DNA from: a virus
Lineage: Duplodnaviria; Caudoviricetes
Direction: 5' to 3' (one strand)
Virus record (IMG/VR): IMGVR_UViG_3300049926_000089
Span: 1 to 53,013 of that record
DNA length: 53,013 bases
The notes beneath the pieces were generated by a model, which saw nothing but the letters and a program-made list of their open reading frames with translations, had not been told where the DNA came from and made no database searches. Positions 42,706 to 52,443 of the stretch are shown in pieces (the stretch's first letter is position 1; the number at the start of each line of letters is the position of its first letter). The position numbers and the translations under genes are program-made.

Positions 42706-42915
42706 ATGGTGCGGCTGATCCCGGTGGAGCGGAACGGCAGGATCGTCTGGCTCGAGGACGCTCCGACCCGCTGCGGCGCCGGCCACGAGGACCTGGTGCC
42801 GACGTACTCCGGCTGCCCGGCGTGCCACGAGCCGGTCAGGTTGTGGAAGTGCCGGACGCCCGGCTGTGGCGAGGTCCTGGTTGACGACGAGCACGTGCAC
42901 TACAGCCGCCGGTGA
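42706..42915 (+). CDS. small Zn-finger protein on the opposite strand
   Basis: C.AGH, CPAC, C..PGC; TACATT 6 nt before the ATG. Confidence 0.6.
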   Translation: MVRLIPVERNGRIVWLEDAPTRCGAGHEDLVPTYSGCPACHEPVRLWKCRTPGCGEVLVDDEHVHYSRR

Positions 42916-42921
42916 TGGTGG

Positions 42922-42968
42922 GCGCGCCGGGCCGGAACGAGGCGGGGGCGGCGGACGGCCCGGCGCGC
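42922..42968. terminator. stem-loop between convergent genes
   Basis: 13-bp perfect stem GCGCGCCGGGCCG/CGGCCCGGCGCGC. Confidence 0.55.
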
Positions 42969-42978
42969 GTCTAGGGAG

Positions 42979-43533
42979 TTACGGTGTCGCAGTGGACCTG
43001 GCCTGGGCGAAGAACGGCGTCACATAGAGGTGCCCGGGGTAGCCGATCTGCATCTGACGGGAGTTCACCAGCTCGATGAATTCGTCGCGCTGCGCTTCGG
43101 ACAGGTGCTGGTAGTAGAACTTCGCCGACTGGCTTCCGTGTAGCCAGCCCGAAGCCTGATGCTCCCACTCGATGTCGAGGTCAGCCTGAATCTGCTCGGC
43201 GGTCTTGCCGTCGCGCTCACCGCCACGGCGTAGCGCCAGGGCGATGGAATCACCGGTCATCCACCGCTCGCGCCGGGCGGCTTTCTCGTCGTCGCTCAGC
43301 GGCGATTCGAGGTACGCCTTGTAGCTCTTGTCGGTGGGGCCGACGATCCACCCGTCCCGCACCAGCTCCATGAACCGGTCCGGATGCAGTGATCCACAGA
43401 ACGAGCACGATAGCCCGACCTGGTCCTGACCGACGACTCCATGCCCGGTCGTCCACCGGTCGAGCCCCTCGGTGCGCTCCCACGGCCCCCAGTCGGAGAG
43501 CCTGCGCGGGCAGGTCTGGGTCTCATCCGCCAT
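42979..43533 (-). CDS. hypothetical protein
   Basis: GAGGGAG RBS; CSFCGSLHP, PTDKSYKAY, KFYYQHLS. Confidence 0.7.
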   Translation of the reverse strand: MADETQTCPRRLSDWGPWERTEGLDRWTTGHGVVGQDQVGLSCSFCGSLHPDRFMELVRDGWIVGPTDKSYKAYLESPLSDDEKAARRERWMTGDSIALALRRGGERDGKTAEQIQADLDIEWEHQASGWLHGSQSAKFYYQHLSEAQRDEFIELVNSRQMQIGYPGHLYVTPFFAQARSTATP

Positions 43534-43560
43534 GGCGGTCTCCCTCATGGGTTACGTCGT

Positions 43561-43842
43561 CTAGGGTTTGATGACCATGCGGGCGTTGATGGCGGCGTAG
43601 CCGGCGGCGGCGAGGCGGCGTACCCGGGTGCCGTAGCGGATGCGTATCAGCCACGACACCCGGCCGGTTTTCGCCTTGCGCATCTTGGCTAGGAGGTCGT
43701 GGGTGGCGCTGTGGGCGTTGGAGCAGACGGTGACCCGGTTCGCGGCGATGTTCGGCCCGCCGTCCGCGGTCGGCCACACGTGATGGACCTCGAGCGGTAC
43801 GTCGTCGCGGTGCCTATGGGCAAAGCATTCTCGACCCATCAT
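43561..43842 (-). CDS. HNH endonuclease-like protein
   Basis: EVHHVWP..DGG....N.V.VC.N.H...H. Confidence 0.8.
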   Translation of the reverse strand: MMGRECFAHRHRDDVPLEVHHVWPTADGGPNIAANRVTVCSNAHSATHDLLAKMRKAKTGRVSWLIRIRYGTRVRRLAAAGYAAINARMVIKP

Positions 43843-44108
43843 CGTGGCGGCTCCTCCAACGGCTTCGACGGTTCAACACTCTGGTCGACCGGGACTTCCA
43901 CGCCCGCCCTGTCGAGCGCCGCGATCAGGGCCCGCTGGTAGTTCTGCGCATCGGTGCGCTGCTGGTTGACGATGGTGTGGACGGCGTCGACCTTGTGTTC
44001 CACGCGCCTCGAACGGATCAGCCCGGCGATCGCGGTGATCACCAGGGCGATCGCGGTGAGCACGGTCGCGGATGCGGTGATCACCCCGGCGAGCGTTGAC
44101 TGGGGCAT
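43839..44108 (-). CDS. membrane protein, lysis cassette
   Basis: One TM followed by 'VHTIVNQQRTD'. Confidence 0.7.
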   Translation of the reverse strand: MPQSTLAGVITASATVLTAIALVITAIAGLIRSRRVEHKVDAVHTIVNQQRTDAQNYQRALIAALDRAGVEVPVDQSVEPSKPLEEPPR

Positions 44109-44111
44109 CGG

Positions 44112-44468
44112 TCAGCTCTTCCCGTTCGAGGTCTGGGGCAGGTCGGGGCCGAGCAGTTCCTTGATCCGTTCGAGGGTCATACCGGGCCGCCACGCGGTGC
44201 GGTGCACCAGCTGGTACTGCGCGATCCAGTGCTCGGCTTCGCGGGTCACGACGTCAAGCTGCCGGGACAGGGTCTGGACCTGCTGCTTGCACAGGTCGAG
44301 TTCCTTGCGGGTGTCGGTCGCGTCCTGGCGCATCTCCTTGACCCAGGACAGCTCCGCGGCGCGTTCGTTGACGTCGGTGGCCCGGCCCGACGAGCGCCAC
44401 ACCAGGAAGCCGCAGAACATCGCGGACGCCGCCGAGGCGGTGACGGTTATGACGGTTCCCGAGTCCAT
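44112..44468 (-). CDS. TM + coiled-coil protein, lysis cassette
   Basis: Start MDSGTVITV. Confidence 0.7.
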   Translation of the reverse strand: MDSGTVITVTASAASAMFCGFLVWRSSGRATDVNERAAELSWVKEMRQDATDTRKELDLCKQQVQTLSRQLDVVTREAEHWIAQYQLVHRTAWRPGMTLERIKELLGPDLPQTSNGKS

Positions 44469-44875
44469 GTCGGGCCCCTCCCGTTGCCCGGTTCGGGCCA
44501 GCCCGAGATCGTCCACACGAACGCGGCGAAGGTGAGCCAGATGGCGCCGGACACGTACCCGCGGTCGACGCCGCCGACGAGCCAGCCGCCGATGCTCGCG
44601 CCACCCCACAGAACCTTGATGACGATGGCGGCGGTGAAGCCCCACCGGTCGGAACGCTGGAACGCGTACCAGCCGCAGATCAGCCCGGCGGCCGCCCACA
44701 GCCCGGCCCAGGCCCACAGCGGGACCAGGGTCGCCAGCCAGACGAGTTGCAGGCTGGTCGCCGAGGTGCGGTCGGGGTTGATGAGGCTGACGGCGTAGAC
44801 CAGGTCGAGGCCGGAGAAGAACAGCAGGGCGCGGCCGCGCCGGCCGATGTGGTAGCGCCCCCGTATGGCTACCAC
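44447..44875 (-). CDS. four-TM membrane protein (holin candidate)
   Basis: Directly after the endolysin; hydrophobic. Confidence 0.7.
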   Translation of the reverse strand: MVAIRGRYHIGRRGRALLFFSGLDLVYAVSLINPDRTSATSLQLVWLATLVPLWAWAGLWAAAGLICGWYAFQRSDRWGFTAAIVIKVLWGGASIGGWLVGGVDRGYVSGAIWLTFAAFVWTISGWPEPGNGRGPTWTREPS

Positions 44876-44877
44876 TC

Positions 44878-45531
44878 TCAGGTGGTCGGTGGCTTGGCGG
44901 TGAGGGTGTCGACGCCCTGTTTGACGGCCATCAGGGCCTGGCCGATGTTGGTGGGGCCGTGTCCGAGTTTCTGGTTGTGCACGCCGACGCCCGCGGCGAG
45001 CCGCAGCGCGGTCTGCCCGGTGGTGCTGGTGGCCCATTCGTCGAGCCAGGCCATGAAGTCGGTCTTGGTCACGTCGTCCTCCTCGAGCAGGCCCCAGGGC
45101 CTGGTGTCGGCTTCCTGCGCGCTGGTGTAGCGGGCGGAGAAGTGGGCGTGTTCGGTGTGCGGGCTGGCGCCGGTGTAGGCGCGGGCGGTCCAGCCCCAGG
45201 AGCGGGACCAGATGCGCCGGTTGTAGATGACGTTCTGCAGCCGGTCGTCCGCACCGGTGCGATGCCGGTCGACGATGATCTCAACGCACTTGTCCATGGT
45301 CCAGCCGGGTTTGCGCAGGTCGTTGTCGACGTCGATGGCGTGGACCTCGTTGATGTTGTCCGCGTCCTCGGTCGGCGTCCTGCCCGTTTCATCTGGATTG
45401 TGATCGCTCGACTCCTGCTGGTGGGCGAGGTCGCCGATCGCGCCGTCGGAGGCCTTGTCCCGGGTAGGCGCGAGGGTGTTGAACTCATTCCTCAGGGCCA
45501 CCAGGCTCGGCACCAGGACCCAGCTAGCCAT
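44878..45531 (-). CDS. endolysin (M15-like Zn peptidase)
   Basis: DGAIGD.AH, SDHNPD, AIDVD, HTEHAHFS; start MASWVLVP. Confidence 0.85.
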   Translation of the reverse strand: MASWVLVPSLVALRNEFNTLAPTRDKASDGAIGDLAHQQESSDHNPDETGRTPTEDADNINEVHAIDVDNDLRKPGWTMDKCVEIIVDRHRTGADDRLQNVIYNRRIWSRSWGWTARAYTGASPHTEHAHFSARYTSAQEADTRPWGLLEEDDVTKTDFMAWLDEWATSTTGQTALRLAAGVGVHNQKLGHGPTNIGQALMAVKQGVDTLTAKPPTT

Positions 45532-45715
45532 CCGCTTCTCCCGGTGCTGGCTGAAGTGGGATCGGCTCAAAATCATCAAAGGCGCTCGGGTTGATGATCG
45601 GCGTGTGGGTTGCGTCTTCGTCAGGAGCCCATCTCGGTTCGTCCCAGCCGTCGTCGACCGGCTCGCCCGCGTGGGCCTCCGGGTCGGTGTCGGTGCACTG
45701 CTCGTGCGGTCCCAT
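45524..45715 (-). CDS. small acidic protein
   Basis: GGAAGGA RBS; overlaps the endolysin start. Confidence 0.55.
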   Translation of the reverse strand: MGPHEQCTDTDPEAHAGEPVDDGWDEPRWAPDEDATHTPIINPSAFDDFEPIPLQPAPGEADG

Positions 45716-45734
45716 CAGGATTCCTTCCAGCCGG

Positions 45735-46160
45735 TCAGGGGATGCCGTGCTGCGCCTTGTAGTTGTCGACCGCCGCGTCGAACATCAGCGGGAACCGGGT
45801 CCGGATCGCGTTGGGCGGAACCCCGAACTTGCGCAACGCCCGGTCCTGCGCCGTCCACACGTCCCGGGCCGCCGGGATCACCCAGCCCAGCACGCCGGGC
45901 AGCGCCGCGAGCATCGCGTCGTCCGGGTCGGTCGGGGAGGTGATCACCCATTCGATGCCGCCGCCGGCCGCAGCCCGCTGGAACCCGTAGATGTCGGTGC
46001 CCTGGTATTTGACGAAGTCGATGCCCGGGCCGGGCGGCAACGCGGACACCTGCGCCGGGGTCAACCCGATGGCGTGCGACGCGAACGCCAGCATCGTCTG
46101 CGGGGTGCCCTCGTCAGCGACGAAGTACAAGGTGGTGGGGGTGCCCAGGTCCAACGACAT
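45735..46160 (-). CDS. hypothetical protein (tail region)
   Basis: AGGAG RBS; MSLDLGTPTT. Confidence 0.7.
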   Translation of the reverse strand: MSLDLGTPTTLYFVADEGTPQTMLAFASHAIGLTPAQVSALPPGPGIDFVKYQGTDIYGFQRAAAGGGIEWVITSPTDPDDAMLAALPGVLGWVIPAARDVWTAQDRALRKFGVPPNAIRTRFPLMFDAAVDNYKAQHGIP

Positions 46161-46168
46161 GAGGTCTC

Positions 46169-47803
46169 CTACCGGCGCCGGATGATGGGCCGGCGCCATT
46201 TCAGTTCCGCGATGGCCCGCGACACCGACGGCGCGTACGTGTCCAGGTCGAGGGTGGCGGTCGCCTCCGACGCCGAGTAGCTGGTCGCGGCGACCTTGAA
46301 GACGGTCAGCCCGTCGCGGCCGGTGCCGTTCAGCGAGTCGGGGTACGACTCGACCCCGCGGACCCGGATCAAAGATCCGGCGCGGATCTCCCACGGCTGC
46401 ACCATCCGCCCGTCGGCGTAGTCGATGATCGGGCCGGCGACGGTCAGCCGGCCGCCGTTGGTCGGGTACTGGTGTTCGGTGAGGAACTCGTCGCCGACGC
46501 GGTGCGCGTTGCCCTGGGTGGAGGCGTCGTCGCCGAGGTCGATGAACGCGGTCCGGCTGAATCCGGCGTCGGTGAGCATGGGTACGGTCTGGGTGCGCAG
46601 CGACACGTGGATGTTGCCGCGGTTGTGCCAGCGGACGGCGACCTGGTCGTAGACGGTGTTACCGGACGCCGACGCGCTGAACCCGTCGACGACGTCGGCC
46701 TCGTACCGCACGGTGGTAGGCCACGCGACCCATTCGAAGCGGAACTTGTCGTTGGCCGGGTTCGTCTCCCAGATGTGCCAGGTGAACGCCTGCTCGAAGC
46801 CGACCAGGTCTTCGAGGACCTTCGCGGGGGTGACACCGTCGGGGTAGGTGAGCTGTTCCACCGGCCAGGTCGTCACGTCGATGACGGCGTTGGCGCCGTC
46901 GATGGTGGCGCCCAGGACCCGGCCGAGCAGGTCCGCGACGACCTCGGAGACGAGCAGGGTGTCGGTGGCGTACGGCGAGGTCCGTTCGGTGCCGTCGCGC
47001 AGGTACAGCATGGTGCGGATGACGAGGTCGTTGATCTGCAGCCACCACGTGTCCGCGGACACGTTGCCCGCGGCGCCGGAGTAGTGGAACCGGATGATGG
47101 GCCGGTTCCGGCCGTTCGTCCAGTCGGTGCCGACCACCGCGGCGACGGTCCCGCCGGCCACGTTGAACGTCGCGGACCAGGGCACGTCGGCGGCGCCGAC
47201 GCCCTGGGTGGCCGCGTACAGGGCGGCGGTCAGGGTCGCGGCGGTCAGCCCCGAATCCCAGGTGAACGACACCCGGGCGAGTTTCTGCCCGGCCGTCGCG
47301 ATCCCGATGTGCGCGCTCACGGCCCGCGACGGGATCGCGCCGTCGACGGCGGTGCCCTGCGGGATCCGCAGCACCATCGCCGCGTTGCCGGAGATGTCGA
47401 TGTCGGAGATCTGTTCGATGGTGCTGCCCGGCGTCGCGTTGTCGATCTTCACCATTTTGGTCAGGTCGGTGTCGACGTAGATGAGCTGCCGGGTGTCGTC
47501 CTGCAGGTGCGACGACCCGCCCACCGCGGCCAGCTGGTACACCTCGCCGTCGCCGCCGGCGGTGCGGCCCGGGTCCTGCAGGCGGCCTTCCCAGACGACG
47601 CCGCGGGAGTCGTAGACGTACAGCCGGCCGAACTGCGCCACCTCGCCGGGTGTGAACGACAGCGGCCGGTGCAGGGTGGCGGAGCATTCGGTGTAGCCGC
47701 CCGGCGACGCCGACCCGAACGACAGGTCGGCGATCTCGTCGGTGACGTGCACGTCGCGCATCGTGGTGCGCAGCCGCACCGACAGCGGCACCGGCAGGGT
47801 CAC
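46169..47803 (-). CDS. minor tail protein
   Basis: GTGA-coupled start; 'PGG...VWEGRL' tail-hub motif; second gene after the tape measure. Confidence 0.8.
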   Translation of the reverse strand: MTLPVPLSVRLRTTMRDVHVTDEIADLSFGSASPGGYTECSATLHRPLSFTPGEVAQFGRLYVYDSRGVVWEGRLQDPGRTAGGDGEVYQLAAVGGSSHLQDDTRQLIYVDTDLTKMVKIDNATPGSTIEQISDIDISGNAAMVLRIPQGTAVDGAIPSRAVSAHIGIATAGQKLARVSFTWDSGLTAATLTAALYAATQGVGAADVPWSATFNVAGGTVAAVVGTDWTNGRNRPIIRFHYSGAAGNVSADTWWLQINDLVIRTMLYLRDGTERTSPYATDTLLVSEVVADLLGRVLGATIDGANAVIDVTTWPVEQLTYPDGVTPAKVLEDLVGFEQAFTWHIWETNPANDKFRFEWVAWPTTVRYEADVVDGFSASASGNTVYDQVAVRWHNRGNIHVSLRTQTVPMLTDAGFSRTAFIDLGDDASTQGNAHRVGDEFLTEHQYPTNGGRLTVAGPIIDYADGRMVQPWEIRAGSLIRVRGVESYPDSLNGTGRDGLTVFKVAATSYSASEATATLDLDTYAPSVSRAIAELKWRRPIIRRR

Positions 47804-49242
47804 GTGGACACCGGCCTGAGCGGTGCCAGGTAGGCCGGGAAGTAGGACCCGGTGACCGTGGTCGTCGCCGACAGCACGTCCCCGGCGCCGGTCAGTGCCG
47901 TGCCGGTGCCGACGTCGCGGACGAAGAAGACCCGGTTCGTGCGGCCCGGTGTGATCATCAGGCCTCGGCCGGCGATTTCGACGGGCTGCGTCGAGGTGAT
48001 CTGCGCCGACGCGTTGCGCGCGTAGACGCTGGGGCGGGGGCCGCCGGTCACCACGAAGTCGGTGACCGTGGCGTTGTCCGGCCACTTGATGTACCCGGTG
48101 TTGGCGTCGTCGTCGGACGGCAGGAACAGCAGGTAGTCGACGTCGAGGGTTCCCGTGCCGGATGTCCGGCCCGACTGCAGTGACAGGAACAGGCCCTCGG
48201 TGGCGATCTCCACCCCGGACACGCCCCGGCTGACCGGGTCGTAGCCGGCGGGGATCTGCACCAGCCCCAGGTCGATGAGTTTGATGGTGGGCGCGGACGG
48301 GCCGGTGTCGACGGGCAGGGTCACGGTGTCGTTGGTGAACTGCACGTCGACACCGCCCCAGACGAGACGCATCTGGTGCACGTCCGTGGTTACGTTCTGC
48401 CGGACCCGGGCGAACACCCGGTAGGTGCCGCGGGCGTCGGTCGACGCGGACGTCGGGAACTTCGTCGCCGTGGTCAGCCGTCCCACCATGTTCGTGGTGC
48501 CGGTGTACGCGATCCGGGCGTAGCTGCTGCCACCGCCGGACATGAGCGCGTCCGCGCCGGGCAGGGTCACGTTCGACGCGAGGGTCATGGATTCGGCCTG
48601 CAGGAACAGCGGCACGTTCGCCACGGTCCCGCGGCGCCGAACCGCGAGGGCGGTGCGCCGGCGGCCGGTGCCGACGACGCCGTTGGAGACGGTCAGGTAC
48701 AGCGGGGTCTCGACGTCACCCTTGGGCGCGGTGATGTCGAAGAACATGCCGTTGGAGCCGGCGGCCGGGTTGTTGTTCACCGTCGCCGGGGACAGGACCT
48801 CTTCGAGGCCGAACGCGAACGGCTTGGCCAGCAGCGACACCCGGGCCCGGCGCATGAAGGGATCCCAGTCGACCGCTTCGAACCCGGAGCGGAAGGTGTT
48901 GAAGAACACCGGTGTGCTGGTGTCGGGCCGGTACCGCAGGAGGTTCCCGCCCGGCCGGTCGATCTCGCGCGCGAGGGCCTGCAGCATGGTGGCCGCCGCG
49001 TCGGCGTCGGTGTCGCGGTCGAGTTCCAGGGCGAGGGTGATGACCCGGTTGCGGTACCTGGCCGAGGGGACGGTGTCGCCGTCGGTGAGCGCCGACTGGG
49101 CGGTGACCCGGTCGAACGGCGGCGACGGGAACTCCGTGCCCTCGGCGAGACACGACCAGCCGGCGGCGGCGACCTGCAGGTTCAGCCGGACCGTGGGGGT
49201 CGCGGCGTTCGAGTCGACGAACGCGAGGTCGTACGTCGACAT
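47800..49242 (-). CDS. minor tail protein (distal-tail-like)
   Basis: First gene after the tape measure; 'YRNRVITL', 'AKPFAFG'. Confidence 0.8.
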   Translation of the reverse strand: MSTYDLAFVDSNAATPTVRLNLQVAAAGWSCLAEGTEFPSPPFDRVTAQSALTDGDTVPSARYRNRVITLALELDRDTDADAAATMLQALAREIDRPGGNLLRYRPDTSTPVFFNTFRSGFEAVDWDPFMRRARVSLLAKPFAFGLEEVLSPATVNNNPAAGSNGMFFDITAPKGDVETPLYLTVSNGVVGTGRRRTALAVRRRGTVANVPLFLQAESMTLASNVTLPGADALMSGGGSSYARIAYTGTTNMVGRLTTATKFPTSASTDARGTYRVFARVRQNVTTDVHQMRLVWGGVDVQFTNDTVTLPVDTGPSAPTIKLIDLGLVQIPAGYDPVSRGVSGVEIATEGLFLSLQSGRTSGTGTLDVDYLLFLPSDDDANTGYIKWPDNATVTDFVVTGGPRPSVYARNASAQITSTQPVEIAGRGLMITPGRTNRVFFVRDVGTGTALTGAGDVLSATTTVTGSYFPAYLAPLRPVST

Positions 49243-52034
49243 CAGCCCGTCCTCGCGTAGACGTCCGCCTGGCGGCCCAGCTCCCGCGACACGGCGGCCG
49301 CGATCTGCTGCGGGCTCAGGTTCGAGCCGTTGATGGTGATCGGTGCGTTGATGGTCACTGTGCCGGCGCCGGTGCCGAGTGGGCTGACCCGTTCAGGGCC
49401 GCGTTCGGCGAGTGAGTAGGTGGCGCCGGACCGTGTGCCGTAGCCGAACACCGGCTCGCGCAGGATGCCGCCGTTCGCCATGGCGATGTGCCCGCCCCGG
49501 CCGTAGTGAGCGATGTGCGCGAAGTCGGTGAGCCGGCGGGTGGTGGCGCCGAGGTGCACGCCGCGGGAGCCGGACGACTCGAAGGTGAGGCCGCCCACCA
49601 TGCCCATCATGTGGCCGGTGGACGACGACGCCGGGTACTGCCCCGGATTGGACCAGGCGGCGGTGAGCGGCCCGCCGATGCCGGACTTCGTGAACCAGCG
49701 GCCGGGTAGCGAGCCGGTGGAGAACGTGTGGCTGTACGGGTTCCGGCCGTGCAGCACGTTGTAGACGGCGGACACGATGCCGGAGCAGTCGTAGCCGCGC
49801 GGCCCGGCGGACGCCCAGATGTAGGGCTTGCCGTCCTGCGCCCGGACGAATGTCGCGCCCGGACCGCCGGGCGCCTTGGAAATGACCCAGTCCAGGGACG
49901 GAACCTTCGTCATACCCGCGGTGACCCGATAGTTCATGCCGGTCGGCCACTGCGCCTTACTCGCCTTGAGCAGGCCGCCGTCGGCATATTCGGGCAGCTC
50001 CCCGTACTGGTTGAAGTAGTCCATGGCGGCGGGTCCGTACTGCTTCAGGACCTTGCGCACGGTGGGCTTCTGGATCACCCATTCACCCGGCGTGCCCGCG
50101 TAGATCATGTTGTCGGCCCGGTCGTGCGGGGCGTGTCCGGGCAGCACGCCGCCGTGGGCCCGTTTGGTGTCCGGCATCCCGTACTGCGCCCGCGCCAGCC
50201 TGCGGCTCAGGTCACCGGGCAGCGCGGTGCCCTTGGCCAGGTGCAGCTGGATCGCGGCGAGGTCGAGCAGCGCGTCAGCGACCCTGTCGACGCTGCGCAG
50301 CACCAGGTCGGTGGTCTTCTTCGGCGGGATGTGCCCATACGCCGCGATCAGCTTGTTGGTCTCACCCCGGTTCAGTCCGAGCCGGCGAGCCTCCTCCTTG
50401 ACCGCCTCCGTACGGGCCTGGTGCTTCTTGGTGGCCTGCGCCACCGACACCCCGGCGGCGATGTTCGCCGTGTAGAGCTCGCCGTTGGAGGTCAGCAGCG
50501 CCTCGAGGGCGTCCCGGTTGGAGCGGCCCGCCACCGTGTTGACGTTCAGGGTTCGGCCGTTGGCCTTCACCGACCCCGACAGGGAATCCCAGGACGCCTG
50601 GTAGGTCTCGTTCGCGTCGACGTTGCGGATCGTCGCCCCGTACAGGTTGTCCATCGCCTGCTTCAGGGCTATGGCGCGCTGGCCCTGCAGAGACGTGGCC
50701 CCGCCGAGCGAGTCGAGAGAGTACTGCAGGCCGGTCTGCGCGGCCTTCACCGCGTCCATCCCCATCAGAAGCAGCGACTGCTGATCGGCCAGTTCCTTGG
50801 TCTTGTCCTTCTCGATCTGCATCGCGTCAGCGGCCGAGCTCGCGGCGTCAGCCAGGCCGAACGTGCCGGAACCGACCCGCCGCACGGACTTGTCCGCGTC
50901 GTCGGACGCGCCTACGACGCTCCTCAGCCCGTCGTACAACTCCTTGAACGGCCGGTTCGGGTTGAGCATATCGATGATCGACAGGCCGTGGGTGAAGCTC
51001 TCGACGGCGTCGTTGGCCTTGCTGAACCAGCCGTACAAGGTGGCCAGATCGCCGATGATGTCGCCGGTCGTGTTGATGAACGCGACCGTCGCGCTGGTCA
51101 GGTCGTCGAGGGCCCGCGCGCCGTCGTCGGCGTGCTTCGACATCTTGGTCAGGAAGTCACCGCCGGCCTGACCGAGCCGGTCGAACGTGATGCCCAGCTG
51201 GTCGACGACCGGCCGGGCCTGCGACACCGCGTCGGCGAACCCGTGGCCCATCTTCGCCGCGCCGGACAGCGCCCCGTTGACGAGCGGGTCGACCAGGTGC
51301 GCCGAGTCGGCGAAAATCCGGTCCAGGTCCCCGCCGAACCCCTGGTAGGCGATCCGGACCTTCGCGATCGAGTCCAGCGCGGGCTTGACGAATCCCGACG
51401 CCCGCTGCTCCAGGTCGGCGAGCAGCTCCGTGCCGAGGTCCTGCCCGGCCTGCTTCACCCGCGGGTCCCGGGCCGCGAGGAACAGCCCGCCGACGACACC
51501 GCCCACCCCGGCACCGCCCACCACGGCGGCGGCGACGGACGCACCGATCAGCGGGGACGCTACAACGGCGACACCCACCAGCGCGGGGATCAGCATCCCC
51601 CGACTGGCGGTGACCGCCTTACCGACATCGGAGATCAGCGTCTTGCCGAACGACTCGGCAGCCGGTTTCATCTCGGCCGGGGTGGGCAGCAGATCCTCGA
51701 CGCCGAGCAGCTTCCGGCTCCGGGTCAACCGCCGGACCTGCGTCTCCTGCTCACGGATCTGCTTGGAGAAGTTGTCCCCGGTCAACGCCTGCGCGATGGC
51801 CATCTCCCGCAGCGACCCGGTCAGCTGCTCGATCTCCCGGTCGAGCTTGCCCGCCGCCCGCGCGGCCTGCGACATGTCGTCGCCGGCCTGGTCGACGGCA
51901 CGGCCGGCCTTGTCGCCGGCGCGGGCCGTATCGTCGAGGTTGCCGGCGAGATCGTCGGTGGCCTTCGACAGGTCCTTGGCGCCGCGGACCGCGCGCAGGG
52001 TGTCGAGGATCAGCTCGATGCGGGCAGAGCGCAC
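49242..52034 (-). CDS. tape measure protein with NlpC/P60-like domain
   Basis: 930 aa, Ala-rich, after the chaperones; 'GKPYIWASAGPRGYDCSG..GH' motif. Confidence 0.92.
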   Translation of the reverse strand: MRSARIELILDTLRAVRGAKDLSKATDDLAGNLDDTARAGDKAGRAVDQAGDDMSQAARAAGKLDREIEQLTGSLREMAIAQALTGDNFSKQIREQETQVRRLTRSRKLLGVEDLLPTPAEMKPAAESFGKTLISDVGKAVTASRGMLIPALVGVAVVASPLIGASVAAAVVGGAGVGGVVGGLFLAARDPRVKQAGQDLGTELLADLEQRASGFVKPALDSIAKVRIAYQGFGGDLDRIFADSAHLVDPLVNGALSGAAKMGHGFADAVSQARPVVDQLGITFDRLGQAGGDFLTKMSKHADDGARALDDLTSATVAFINTTGDIIGDLATLYGWFSKANDAVESFTHGLSIIDMLNPNRPFKELYDGLRSVVGASDDADKSVRRVGSGTFGLADAASSAADAMQIEKDKTKELADQQSLLLMGMDAVKAAQTGLQYSLDSLGGATSLQGQRAIALKQAMDNLYGATIRNVDANETYQASWDSLSGSVKANGRTLNVNTVAGRSNRDALEALLTSNGELYTANIAAGVSVAQATKKHQARTEAVKEEARRLGLNRGETNKLIAAYGHIPPKKTTDLVLRSVDRVADALLDLAAIQLHLAKGTALPGDLSRRLARAQYGMPDTKRAHGGVLPGHAPHDRADNMIYAGTPGEWVIQKPTVRKVLKQYGPAAMDYFNQYGELPEYADGGLLKASKAQWPTGMNYRVTAGMTKVPSLDWVISKAPGGPGATFVRAQDGKPYIWASAGPRGYDCSGIVSAVYNVLHGRNPYSHTFSTGSLPGRWFTKSGIGGPLTAAWSNPGQYPASSSTGHMMGMVGGLTFESSGSRGVHLGATTRRLTDFAHIAHYGRGGHIAMANGGILREPVFGYGTRSGATYSLAERGPERVSPLGTGAGTVTINAPITINGSNLSPQQIAAAVSRELGRQADVYARTG

Positions 52035-52038
52035 GGCG

Positions 52039-52443
52039 TCACCTCACCTTCTCGGTCCACCACAGCCGGGCGTCCGGCCGGTCCTCGGGCTTGCCGCTCG
52101 CCTGCTGCTGCGCGGCCACCATGGCGTCGCGGGCGAGGCAGCGCACCCGGCGCACCTTCCACCGGTACGTGCCTTCCTTCGCGGTCGTCTCGGCCACGTT
52201 GTGGCCGCACCCGCAGGGGCAGCGCGTCGCCCGAAACTCGGCGAGCGCGAGCATCCAGCCGCGCTGCTGGGCGTCCCACTCCGACTCCGGCCGGGACGCG
52301 ACCAGCCGGCCGGCGTCGTCGTGTTCGTAGACGGTGGCCGGTTCCCAGCCCTCGAACCGCTTCTTGGAGATGCCGAGCCGCTCGGCGGTCTCGACGGTCT
52401 GCCTCAGTCCGGGTTCTCGCTCGAGCCGGCGGGCGAGAAAGGG
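52039..52443 (-). CDS. tail assembly chaperone, -1 frameshift extension (gpGT-like)
   Basis: Slippery C CCT TTC at 52443-52437; the -1 frame runs open into MLALAEFR..CPCGC. Confidence 0.85.
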   Translation of the reverse strand, partial: PFLARRLEREPGLRQTVETAERLGISKKRFEGWEPATVYEHDDAGRLVASRPESEWDAQQRGWMLALAEFRATRCPCGCGHNVAETTAKEGTYRWKVRRVRCLARDAMVAAQQQASGKPEDRPDARLWWTEKVR

